Source: Synergistaceae bacterium
GTDB lineage: Bacteria > Synergistota > Synergistia > Synergistales > Synergistaceae
Assembly (NCBI GenBank): GCA_031290235.1
Contig: JAITNX010000100.1
Coordinates: forward strand, 1 to 47,141
DNA length: 47,141 bases
Direction: 5' to 3'
Shown: positions 36,800 to 44,011 of the stretch, one piece after another
How the letters are laid out: the number at the start of each line of letters is the position of its first letter
How positions within the stretch are numbered: the first letter of the stretch is position 1
Program-made: the position numbers and the translations under genes
The notes under the pieces: generated by a model
Databases searched by the model: none
What the model was told of the DNA's origin: nothing
Seen by the model: only the letters and a program-made list of their open reading frames with translations

Positions 36800-39700
36800 T
36801 TAGTGCCCGGCCTTGGTCCGGCTCAGCTTTTTCTCTGTCCAGTGCCGTAGTGTGCGGTACAGCTCTTCGGGATCTATCGGTTTCGTTATGTGGTCGTTCA
36901 TGCCGGCGTTCACGCTTTTTTCGTAGTCGCCCTTCATTGCGTGAGCGGTCATCGCTATGACGGGCAATTGGTCCTTGGTTATTCCCAAGACGCCCCGAAT
37001 CCTCCGCGTTGCCTCCAGCCCGTCCATTATCGGCATTTGCACGTCCATGAAAACCAGGTCGTAACTGGACTCCTTGAGCATCTCGATGGCGTCCGCCCCA
37101 TTTGGCGCTACCTCAACTGCGGCGCCGAACTGTGTCAGCATCTCCACCGCTATCTCCTGGTTTATCTCGTTATCCTCGACCAGGAGAACGCGCGATTCGA
37201 CCTTGGGATGTGTCTCGTCCTCGGTTTGGGTCCCGGCGTCATGCTTCTTCAGGGCGAGGTTCTTCTCCTCGTAGTCGGCGATCACTCCAAGTTTTATTGT
37301 GAACTTGAATGTGCTGCCTTCGCCATAAACGCTCTCGGCCCAGATCGAGCCGTTCATGCTCTCCACGAGGTGCTTGCTTATGGAGAGGCCGAGGCCGCTG
37401 CCGCCGTATTTCCTCGTTATAGAGCCGTCCGCCTGGGTAAATGGCTTGAACAGCTTTTTCAGCTGCTCCTCCGTCATGCCTATCCCGCTGTCTTTGACCG
37501 CGAAACTGAGTTCATCGACTGGCATGTCCTCGTTCATCTCGTCGGTATGAGTTGACGATACCAGGAGGGTTATTTTTCCTCGCTCCGTGAATTTGACAGA
37601 GTTGTTGCACAGGTTCACAAGAACCTGGTTCAACCTCAATGGGTCGCCCATGAAGGCCTTCGGTACGTAGTCCGGAATGTTCATCTCGAAGGAGACCCCC
37701 TTCTCCTCCGCCTTGAACGCGACGAGGTCCCAGAGGCTCTTCATTATCTCCCTCAGCCTGAACGGAGAGTTGTCCAGCGTGAATTTTCCGGACTCTATCT
37801 TCGAGAAATCAAGTATGTCGTTTATTATTGACAGCAGGGCGCTGGCGGCGTTTTTTATCTTGACGAGGTAGTTCTTCTGCTTCTCGTTGGGGTCCGTCTG
37901 CAGGCAGAGGTGGGTCATGCCGATTATGGCGTTCATCGGAGTGCGAATTTCGTGGCTCATGCTGGCGAGGAAGTCGCTCTTCGCCCTCGCGGCATCCTCG
38001 GCCATTATCTTGGCCTGGGTGAGTTCTGTCACGTCTGAGATCCATGACAGTATAGACGGCTTGCCATTGTAGACGAACGGGTGCAGCGTCATGAGCGTGT
38101 CCAGCGTTTCGCCGTCCGGGCTGTAAAGCTTGATGGGCCAGTTCCTGATCGAATTTCCCAAGCCGGCGGCGGATATAATCTCCCTTTGCTGTTCCTTTTC
38201 CACGTACAGGCTGTCTACCGAGTCTCCGTTGTGGATCCCAAGCGTCGCGGTGCCGTAATCGTTCACGTTTACCACGACGCCGCCGTGAACTATGGCCATT
38301 ATAGTTGGACTCGAGTCCAGTATCTCCTGCAGGTTCTCCTTTTGCTGCGTCAGATAGCGCTCTGCCTTCTTCTGATCGCTGAGGTTATGAATGGAAGCGA
38401 TGCTGACTCTCTGCTGGTTGACCCTGACGAACGTCCAGGTCACGAGGCATGGTATCTCCTGCCCCTCCGAGTCGATGTACGTCCATTCGAAGCGCGTCTG
38501 GTCGCTCTCTAGCAGAGTCCTCGACTTCAGCTCGAATTCATCTTTTGATGCGCGGCCGTTGTCCTGGAACCGCGGCGAGAAGCTCATGAAGTTCTCCAGT
38601 ATCCGCTGCTTGCCATGTGCCTTGAAGAGCTTTATCACAGCGACGTTGCAGTCGATCGGGACAAATTCATCGGAGAAGAATATGTAACCCTCCTCCGTGT
38701 TGTCATATAATGCCTGCATCATCATGCTCGACCTGGTCGCCTCCGTGAGGTCGATGACGGCTATGATCGCTCCGGTCTTCACCCCGTACTTGACCACCGG
38801 GGAGACCGATATCTCGACTGGGATGAAATTGCCGCTTTTGTCCAGGATCCAGAGGCCGTGCAAGCTCTCCTTCTTGTCGCTGCCTGTGGCGGATCGCAGC
38901 CCGCACTTCTCGTCCAAACAGACCGCGCCCTCTGAGCGGGCGTGGCTGACGACGGAGAAGAAGTCGTGTCCCAGAAGCTCGTCTTCGCCGTAGCCCAGCA
39001 TCGATAGAGCTGTCGAGTTTGCGAATGTCACTAAGTTCTCCTTGTCCAGCTCGATGATCGCCTCCGTCGTCAGGTTGAGTATGAGGCGGGTATGCTTCTG
39101 CGCCTCCTCCAGTTCCATCGTGCGCTCCAGGACGATCATCTCGAGCTGTGAATTTTGCATGAAGAGTTCGTCGCTGGCCTCGGTCGCCCTCTGTTCGAGG
39201 ATCTTGGCGTTGCCGAGGGTCGTTTTCAAATTGTCCACCATGACGTTGATGGCTCTGAATAGCCTGCCCAGCTCGTCAGGGTTTTTATCGTCAAGCTGAT
39301 CCGAAATGTCGCCGGCGGCTATGGACTCGGCATACGATACCCCTGCCTCCAGCCTTGGTATGATCGATCTGACGAAGCGTTTGGACGCTGTTATCGCGAT
39401 GGCGAAGACCAGCATGTAGATTCCAAGGCTGATGTTGCGGAATATGATGAGGGGCCTGTAGATATGAGCGTTCTCCGCGTAGGAGACCAGGTGCCATTTT
39501 ACGCGCGACAAGCCGGAGAAAAAAACGGTCCCGTCGTCCAAGGACAGATTGCCGTTCTGATCGCGCATGATCCCGGATACCGCGGTGTCGATGTTGAAAT
39601 AGACGTCATCCGGTCCGGTCTCGATCATGACGTTCCCATTCTCGCCGAGAAGGAACAGGCGGTTCCTGTCGTCGAAATTGTACCTGGCCCTTATTTCGTC

Positions 39701-40267
39701 CCTTAAAAATCCCCGGACGTCCACTCCTATCAGCACAACGCCAATCATGCCTCCATCTCTCGCTTTTTGCACAGGAGCGGCGATCGTATATACCTTGTCC
39801 GGCTCTCCAAAACTGTCCTGGGTAAGGGCTGTGACGAGGTATCCGGATAACGCGGTCCTGAAAAAGTCGTCGCCGGATATGTTCCCGGCGGCCCCGGCTG
39901 TCGAAATCAGAATGTTTCCCGACGCGTCGGCTATGGTTATGTCTGCCGTGACTGGCAGCGCGTTCTGTATGGACCTCAGGGAACGCCTGATCCTGAGGAG
40001 AGAATCCTCCTTGTCATTCCCGTCTGAGGCCGCGGTGACGTAGTTCACGGCCTCTTCGCTCGATCCGAGGGACTCGGCGGCATGTTGCATGGCGATTATC
40101 TTGTTGTCCATGTCGTTCTTTATCTCTCTGACTGTCATCTCCTCTCTGTCGTTCAGTGTCTTCACTATTTCTTTTCTAAAGATTGTGTAATTCAAGATCG
40201 CGGTTGAGAATACACCAAGGAGTATGCTTAAAATAATCACCATATAAAGCCTAGTTCTGATTTGCAT
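36800..40267 (-). CDS. Hybrid sensor histidine kinase/response regulator (TM-dCache-TM-HAMP-PASx3-HisKA-HATPase-REC)
   Basis: N-terminal TM plus a periplasmic Cache-like region of about 250 aa, then a second TM and HAMP. Repeated PAS-like segments follow. H-box SHEIRTPMNAI, G-boxes DSGIGM and GGSGLGLSI. Receiver LLVEDNEINQ...DLVFMDVQMPIMDG...KP. Confidence 0.9.
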   Translation of the reverse strand: MQIRTRLYMVIILSILLGVFSTAILNYTIFRKEIVKTLNDREEMTVREIKNDMDNKIIAMQHAAESLGSSEEAVNYVTAASDGNDKEDSLLRIRRSLRSIQNALPVTADITIADASGNILISTAGAAGNISGDDFFRTALSGYLVTALTQDSFGEPDKVYTIAAPVQKARDGGMIGVVLIGVDVRGFLRDEIRARYNFDDRNRLFLLGENGNVMIETGPDDVYFNIDTAVSGIMRDQNGNLSLDDGTVFFSGLSRVKWHLVSYAENAHIYRPLIIFRNISLGIYMLVFAIAITASKRFVRSIIPRLEAGVSYAESIAAGDISDQLDDKNPDELGRLFRAINVMVDNLKTTLGNAKILEQRATEASDELFMQNSQLEMIVLERTMELEEAQKHTRLILNLTTEAIIELDKENLVTFANSTALSMLGYGEDELLGHDFFSVVSHARSEGAVCLDEKCGLRSATGSDKKESLHGLWILDKSGNFIPVEISVSPVVKYGVKTGAIIAVIDLTEATRSSMMMQALYDNTEEGYIFFSDEFVPIDCNVAVIKLFKAHGKQRILENFMSFSPRFQDNGRASKDEFELKSRTLLESDQTRFEWTYIDSEGQEIPCLVTWTFVRVNQQRVSIASIHNLSDQKKAERYLTQQKENLQEILDSSPTIMAIVHGGVVVNVNDYGTATLGIHNGDSVDSLYVEKEQQREIISAAGLGNSIRNWPIKLYSPDGETLDTLMTLHPFVYNGKPSILSWISDVTELTQAKIMAEDAARAKSDFLASMSHEIRTPMNAIIGMTHLCLQTDPNEKQKNYLVKIKNAASALLSIINDILDFSKIESGKFTLDNSPFRLREIMKSLWDLVAFKAEEKGVSFEMNIPDYVPKAFMGDPLRLNQVLVNLCNNSVKFTERGKITLLVSSTHTDEMNEDMPVDELSFAVKDSGIGMTEEQLKKLFKPFTQADGSITRKYGGSGLGLSISKHLVESMNGSIWAESVYGEGSTFKFTIKLGVIADYEEKNLALKKHDAGTQTEDETHPKVESRVLLVEDNEINQEIAVEMLTQFGAAVEVAPNGADAIEMLKESSYDLVFMDVQMPIMDGLEATRRIRGVLGITKDQLPVIAMTAHAMKGDYEKSVNAGMNDHITKPIDPEELYRTLRHWTEKKLSRTKAGH

Positions 40268-40415
40268 CTATAAACATCTCCATCGCAATGTTTATTTCAG
40301 TTCCATCTCTAGCTTTCTCATATCTTTGCGTATCAATAGTAACACAACAAGGGCTGAAACATGGAGAAAGGGAGCGTGATTTTTGCTCATGCCAAGCCGC
40401 GCTCAAACGTTTATT

Positions 40416-40450
40416 TTTGGTTTGCCTGAACTATTGTATAGCTTGGTTTT
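40416..40450 (+). repeat. 35-bp direct repeat, left copy (flanks twin toxin-like cassette)
   Basis: tttggtttgcctgaactattgtatagcttggtttt compared with 41493..41527 tttgatttgcctgaactattgtatagcttggtttt. Same orientation, 1 mismatch. Confidence 0.8.
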
Positions 40451-40575
40451 ATGCTTTACCCTTCAGACCTTTGATTTCCCGAGTTTAACAGTTAAGGAGA
40501 TCAAAAAATCCCATAGAATATTGCAGTTAAGGATTGCGCGTCTTGTTGATCGTTTTTTGCTGTAAAACTCGGGAT

Positions 40576-40604
40576 TTGAAATCCACGGATGGGAGTGTTA
40601 TAAT
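40576..40604 (+). promoter_or_regulatory. Consensus-like promoter for antisense RNA A (convergent with toxin-like mRNA A)
   Basis: TTGAAA (40576-81), exactly 17 nt, TATAAT (40599-604). The predicted TSS near 40611 reads into the 3' UTR of module A. Confidence 0.65.
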
Positions 40605-40614
40605 CTGCCTCAGT

Positions 40615-40647
40615 AAGAAGCCCGCCGGAGAGCGAGCGGGGCTTCTT
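40615..40647 (-). terminator. GC-rich 3' hairpin of toxin-like mRNA A
   Basis: AAGAAGCCCGC - 10-nt loop - GCGGG(G)CTTCTT. The tail is U-rich but there is no clean U-run. Confidence 0.45.
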
Positions 40648-40716
40648 GAGTTGCTTGGCTGATTTGGCCGAGTGGAGGACACTCAGCCAATGTGACAGAA
40701 TCAGCCAAGTGCGACG

Positions 40717-40830
40717 CTAGACGAACAGGCGGATTAATTCCGTCAACGCTTGAAGGAACCATGCGACGGTTCCGAAAAGCGAAGAAAGGGCGAGCCAGAG
40801 TAAAATCTGTTCGCTCTTTTCTTTTTTCAT
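40717..40830 (-). CDS. Candidate type I toxin-like hydrophobic peptide A (37 aa)
   Basis: Not in the ORF track (<60 aa). atg aaa aaa gaa aag ... gtc tag translates to MKKEKSEQILLWLALSSLFGTVAWFLQALTELIRLFV. The SD GGGAGG lies 9 nt upstream and pairs with CCUCC (hairpin 40840..40855). A same-length paralogous frame exists in module B. Confidence 0.55.
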   Translation of the reverse strand: MKKEKSEQILLWLALSSLFGTVAWFLQALTELIRLFV

Positions 40831-40911
40831 CTAAGGCCACCTCCCTTCGTGGAGGTTTCCCCAATTGCCAAATAGCACCACGGAAAAGATGTCCGTGTCT
40901 CTCCGCGTTGG

Positions 40912-40920
40912 ATTTTAACA
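40912..40920 (-). promoter_or_regulatory. Extended -10 promoter (TGtTAAAAT) of toxin-like mRNA A
   Basis: Minus strand reads TGTTAAAAT. The equivalent TGATAAAAT sits at the same position in module B. Conservation between the copies begins here. Confidence 0.5.
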
Positions 40921-41051
40921 TGTCGTTTTATAACGCATGTACACCTCGCAACGCTACTTAAATTTTCCTATTTGAAGTATCGAAATGATACTCCAAGTGC
41001 AGGACATTGTCACGATATCTAGTTGACAAAAAACACAGGAATTAACACGTG

Positions 41052-41060
41052 TGATAAAAT
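41052..41060 (+). promoter_or_regulatory. Extended -10 promoter (TGaTAAAAT) of toxin-like mRNA B
   Basis: TGATAAAAT at 41052-41060. TTGACA lies further upstream (41022-27) at non-canonical spacing. Confidence 0.5.
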
Positions 41061-41142
41061 CCAATACGGAGAGACACGGACATCTTTTCCGTGGTGCTGA
41101 ACTTTGACAAAGCGGGAACTCCCACGAAGGGAGGTGACCGAG

Positions 41143-41256
41143 ATGAAGGGAAAGGAAAAGAGCCAGCTCATTATCTGACTGACTCTTTCCATACTTCTTG
41201 GGGCCACCACACGGCTCCTTGAAGCTTTGACGGATTTAATCCGTCTCCTGATTTAA
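41143..41256 (+). pseudogene. Paralog B of the toxin-like peptide ORF, interrupted by in-frame TGA at codon 12 (41176-78)
   Basis: MKGKEKSQLII*LTLSILLGATTRLLEALTDLIRLLI*. It has the same 38-codon length as A. The TGA aligns with TGG (Trp12) of A. SD GGGAGG is sequestered in the hairpin CTCCC-acgaa-GGGAG (41119..41133). Confidence 0.5.
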
Positions 41257-41324
41257 GGTCCCACTTAGCTGATGCTGATCTTGGCTGAGTGTCCCACCAC
41301 TCGGCCAAATCAGCCAAGCAATTC

Positions 41325-41357
41325 AAGAAGTCCCGCTCGCTCTCCGGCGGGCTTCTT
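41325..41357 (+). terminator. GC-rich 3' hairpin of toxin-like mRNA B
   Basis: AAGAAG(T)CCCGC - 10-nt loop - GCGGGCTTCTT followed by tct. Confidence 0.45.
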
Positions 41358-41367
41358 TCTGAGGAAA

Positions 41368-41396
41368 ATTATAACACTCCCATCCGTGGATTTCAA
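41368..41396 (-). promoter_or_regulatory. Consensus-like promoter for antisense RNA B
   Basis: Minus strand reads TTGAAA (41396-91), 17 nt, TATAAT (41373-68). It is identical to the module A promoter over 37 nt. Confidence 0.65.
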
Positions 41397-41492
41397 ATCC
41401 CGAGTCCCGAGTTTAACAGCAAAAAACGATCAACAAGACGCGCAATCCTTGCAAATACTGAGAATTACGAGTGTGGCACGCAGAATGAAAAC

Positions 41493-41527
41493 TTTGATTT
41501 GCCTGAACTATTGTATAGCTTGGTTTT
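41493..41527 (+). repeat. 35-bp direct repeat, right copy
   Basis: See 40416..40450. Confidence 0.8.
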
Positions 41528-41739
41528 TACGCAAGGCGGAGGCGGCGTGGGCAGAGTACGTAAAAATATAAAAAATTTCTGAGACTAAGAGTATGCCAAA
41601 CGCCCGCCTGTGTTATACTATGTACGCGCTTTGAAGGATGTTGAGGCGGCATGGAGCGCTCGTCGGCAGGAACGGAAAGTTTCAGCGGTGTGTTTTATGA
41701 ATTTTTTGCGATTTGTGTGAGTTTTATATGTCTGTTTTA

Positions 41740-41769
41740 TTGACAAGATGGCTCGATTCGTGGTTATAT
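41740..41769 (+). promoter_or_regulatory. Candidate promoter of pilMNOPQ
   Basis: TTGACA (41740-45), 18 nt, TTATAT (41764-69), about 70 nt upstream of pilM. Confidence 0.45.
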
Positions 41770-41839
41770 CAACTCTGGCAATCCGCTATATGTTGGATAG
41801 ATGGGCCAAGGTCCTAAGCAACGCAAAGGAGGCGCCTTT

Positions 41840-42802
41840 ATGGGATTATTCAGCAAGAAGGATGGAGGGTCTAGGGCGGGACTTTTTATCTTTGGAGGAG
41901 TCATGCAGTATGTAGTGATTTCAAAAATAGATGAAAGATCGTTTCGCCTGGAGGAGTGCATTGACGCGCCTTATGATGCCAGTTCGAGCGGCGGAGAGCT
42001 TTTTTCGAATCCCGAGAGAATCAAGGAGAATTTAAGGGCACTCAAGAAGCTCGTCGGCAGGAAGTGGGCGGATAAGGTTTATGCCGGCATCCAGTCTAAG
42101 GATGTTCTGATACGCACCGTGGAACTTCCTCAGATGGAGCTGTCCGATATAAGGGACGCGTTCAGATACGAGTTCGATAGGTTTTTCCCCATACCTGTCG
42201 ACGAAGCGGTTTACGACATAACGTTCATAGATAGGCCGGGCAGGGACGATGCCACACAGGGGGCCATAGTGAACTGTATCGCCTCGGCTGTTCGCAGCGT
42301 CACGGTCGAGAACCTGATGACGGCCTGTCAGGACGTCGGCGTAAAACTGAGCGGGATAGAGCCATCCCCCGTCTCCTTGCTGCGCTGTTTGATGGGTCCC
42401 GAGGTTCCGTCTGGGTTCAATCTCTATGCGCTCGCCGGAATTGCCAGCAGCATCATAATAGCGACCTACAAGGACAATGGGATAGTCTACAGAAATACGT
42501 CCCAGTCCTTTGCGGTGGACGACCCGTCGAACAAGACCATAGGGAACTTCACAAGGGACCTTCAGGCGACTGTGAACTTCGCTTCCACTCAGATCAGGGG
42601 ATTCGCCGCCGATAAGGTATATATAGGCGGTTATGGCGCCAGGCATTCTGAGGAGATAATGTCCAGCGTCGCCGAGGTCGTTACGGCGCCCATAATGATT
42701 GTGAATCCATGGGAGGCCTGGGGAATATTCGGCCAGCCGCCGCAGGCGTTTGGCTGGGAAATAGCGCTTGGCCTGGCACTCAGGCCTACGGAGGTGAGGT
42801 AA
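41840..42802 (+). CDS. pilM: Type IV pilus assembly protein PilM (actin-like ATPase fold)
   Basis: VYAGIQSKDVLIRTVELPQMELSDIRDAFRYEFDRFFPIPVDEAVYD is a typical PilM block. ATG 41840 lies behind AAAGGAGG. Confidence 0.8.
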   Translation: MGLFSKKDGGSRAGLFIFGGVMQYVVISKIDERSFRLEECIDAPYDASSSGGELFSNPERIKENLRALKKLVGRKWADKVYAGIQSKDVLIRTVELPQMELSDIRDAFRYEFDRFFPIPVDEAVYDITFIDRPGRDDATQGAIVNCIASAVRSVTVENLMTACQDVGVKLSGIEPSPVSLLRCLMGPEVPSGFNLYALAGIASSIIIATYKDNGIVYRNTSQSFAVDDPSNKTIGNFTRDLQATVNFASTQIRGFAADKVYIGGYGARHSEEIMSSVAEVVTAPIMIVNPWEAWGIFGQPPQAFGWEIALGLALRPTEVR

Positions 42803-42805
42803 AGT

Positions 42806-43486
42806 ATGCGTGTTCTTTTTGATTTAAGGCCTCCACACCTAGTTCAGGTTCAGGATCAGCGCGTGGATGCGCTGAGGTTATTCAGCGTCCTGCTATTTGC
42901 AGTTTTTTGCGTTTTGTCAGTTTTTAACATTATATATACCACCATCAGGCTGAGGGAAGTCAGGACAAATCTCGTTGCCTCCAGGAACGAGGAGCGCACG
43001 CACAACGACAACGTCGCGCGCCTGGCTGAGAGCATAGAGCAAATGAGGGCGATGAAGGACGCCACGAAACTTTACCTGGCTTTCTCCAGGGAGGAACTGC
43101 CCACGGTCGAATTCATGGCCGCCCTCGAGGGCGCGGTTACTCCTGGTTTGAAGGTGGCGACCCTCGACATCCGCCCAGGGAATGTCGCTATGACAGGATC
43201 GGCTCTCACTGAACAGGATGTAATAGAGTTTGGCGGGAAGCTGGGCGGCATGAAGAATATCGTGGCAGGAGTCAATGCCCCTGTGACCACCAGAGGCGCG
43301 ATAGGGGAGACCTCCATATCTAACTACTCCATATCCTGCACCATAAAATCAATCTCCGACATAGCGAACGCTTATTCCGAGCCGCTGCCGGATCTCCCTC
43401 CGCAAGCAGAGGAAGCGCCGCCAGAGGGACCTCCTGAAGTGGTTCCTGATTCCAGCGACGAAGAAGGGGGGGAGATTGCCCAATGA
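42806..43486 (+). CDS. pilN: PilN-like pilus assembly protein (single TM, coiled coil; Pro/Glu-rich tail)
   Basis: Its position after pilM, an N-terminal TM (LFSVLLFAVFCVLSVFNIIY) and a coiled-coil segment. C-terminal PPQAEEAPPEGPPEVVPDSSDEEGGE. Confidence 0.65.
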   Translation: MRVLFDLRPPHLVQVQDQRVDALRLFSVLLFAVFCVLSVFNIIYTTIRLREVRTNLVASRNEERTHNDNVARLAESIEQMRAMKDATKLYLAFSREELPTVEFMAALEGAVTPGLKVATLDIRPGNVAMTGSALTEQDVIEFGGKLGGMKNIVAGVNAPVTTRGAIGETSISNYSISCTIKSISDIANAYSEPLPDLPPQAEEAPPEGPPEVVPDSSDEEGGEIAQ

Positions 43487-43998
43487 AGACGCCAAGGCAG
43501 CAAGGATTGTTCGTAGTACTCATTGGGGTCACAGCCTTGCTTTTGGTGGTGGCTCAGTTTATGATCCAATCTCTCTACAGAAGCGCGAGCGTCGAGCTGG
43601 CATCCGCTCAGGGCAATGTGAAGTCGCTCAGAAACATGGTCAGTGTCAGGTCGGGGTTGATGGATAGGTACAAGCAGTTCGAGACGACTGTCGGTCCTAT
43701 CACCACCACAGAAAGGACATACCCTGAGACCCCTCTTGAGTTCTACGAGCTCCTGAGCATGGCTCTGAAGGACAATGGGGTGGATCACAACAACCTGACT
43801 ACCAGTACCGGGAGCGCTCCTGGTTCGGTTCTCCAGTTTCAAATAGCGTTCACTGGTCCGTACTATGGGCTGATCAAGGCGATTGCGTCTATCAGGGCGG
43901 GCCGCTTTATAACGAGGATCTCCGAGTTTCGGATAAGCGCTCAGGAGAATGGCCAGGTCTCAGGCACTATGACAGTCCTGAGTACGGCCAGGAGCTAG
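43483..43998 (+). CDS. pilO: PilO-like pilus assembly protein
   Basis: ATGA overlap with pilN. TM (LFVVLIGVTALLLVVAQF) plus coiled coil. Size and position fit PilO. Confidence 0.55.
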   Translation: MKTPRQQGLFVVLIGVTALLLVVAQFMIQSLYRSASVELASAQGNVKSLRNMVSVRSGLMDRYKQFETTVGPITTTERTYPETPLEFYELLSMALKDNGVDHNNLTTSTGSAPGSVLQFQIAFTGPYYGLIKAIASIRAGRFITRISEFRISAQENGQVSGTMTVLSTARS

Positions 43999-44011
43999 GG
44001 GGAGACGCTCG

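Larger units (their letters stand above)
40529..40920 (-). repeat. Inverted-repeat arm A = module A (toxin-like mRNA on minus strand plus convergent antisense promoter)
   Basis: The reverse complement aligns over its full length with 41052..41450. Identical blocks of 32 nt (cggagagacacggacatcttttccgtggtgct), 37 nt (antisense promoter) and 35 nt (acagcaaaaaacgatcaacaagacgcgcaatcctt). Confidence 0.85.
41052..41450 (+). repeat. Inverted-repeat arm B = module B (toxin-like mRNA on plus strand plus convergent antisense promoter)
   Basis: See arm A. Same order of elements in the opposite orientation. Confidence 0.85.

Noticed and set aside
41176-41178. TGA in module B read as Trp (alternative genetic code) or as selenocysteine
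   Set aside because: TGA clearly functions as a stop for several well-supported genes in this window (yhaM-like, uvrC, ribE, ybaB, yacL). I saw no SECIS-like hairpin directly downstream.
40288-41582. Track ORFs inside the twin cassette (40288..40488+, 40383..40565+, 40610..40921-, 40692..40961+, 41019..41210-, 41272..41571+, 41289..41582+)
   Set aside because: None of these frames is conserved between the two inverted copies. None has an SD, and they run through promoter and hairpin elements. Only the 38-codon frame is shared, in length and position, by both copies.
35340-41800. Mobile element genes (transposase, integrase, recombinase) or a CRISPR array in the accessory stretch
   Set aside because: No ORF with such motifs is present. 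The only repeats are the inverted twin modules and the 35-bp direct repeat, and there is no regularly spaced repeat-spacer structure.
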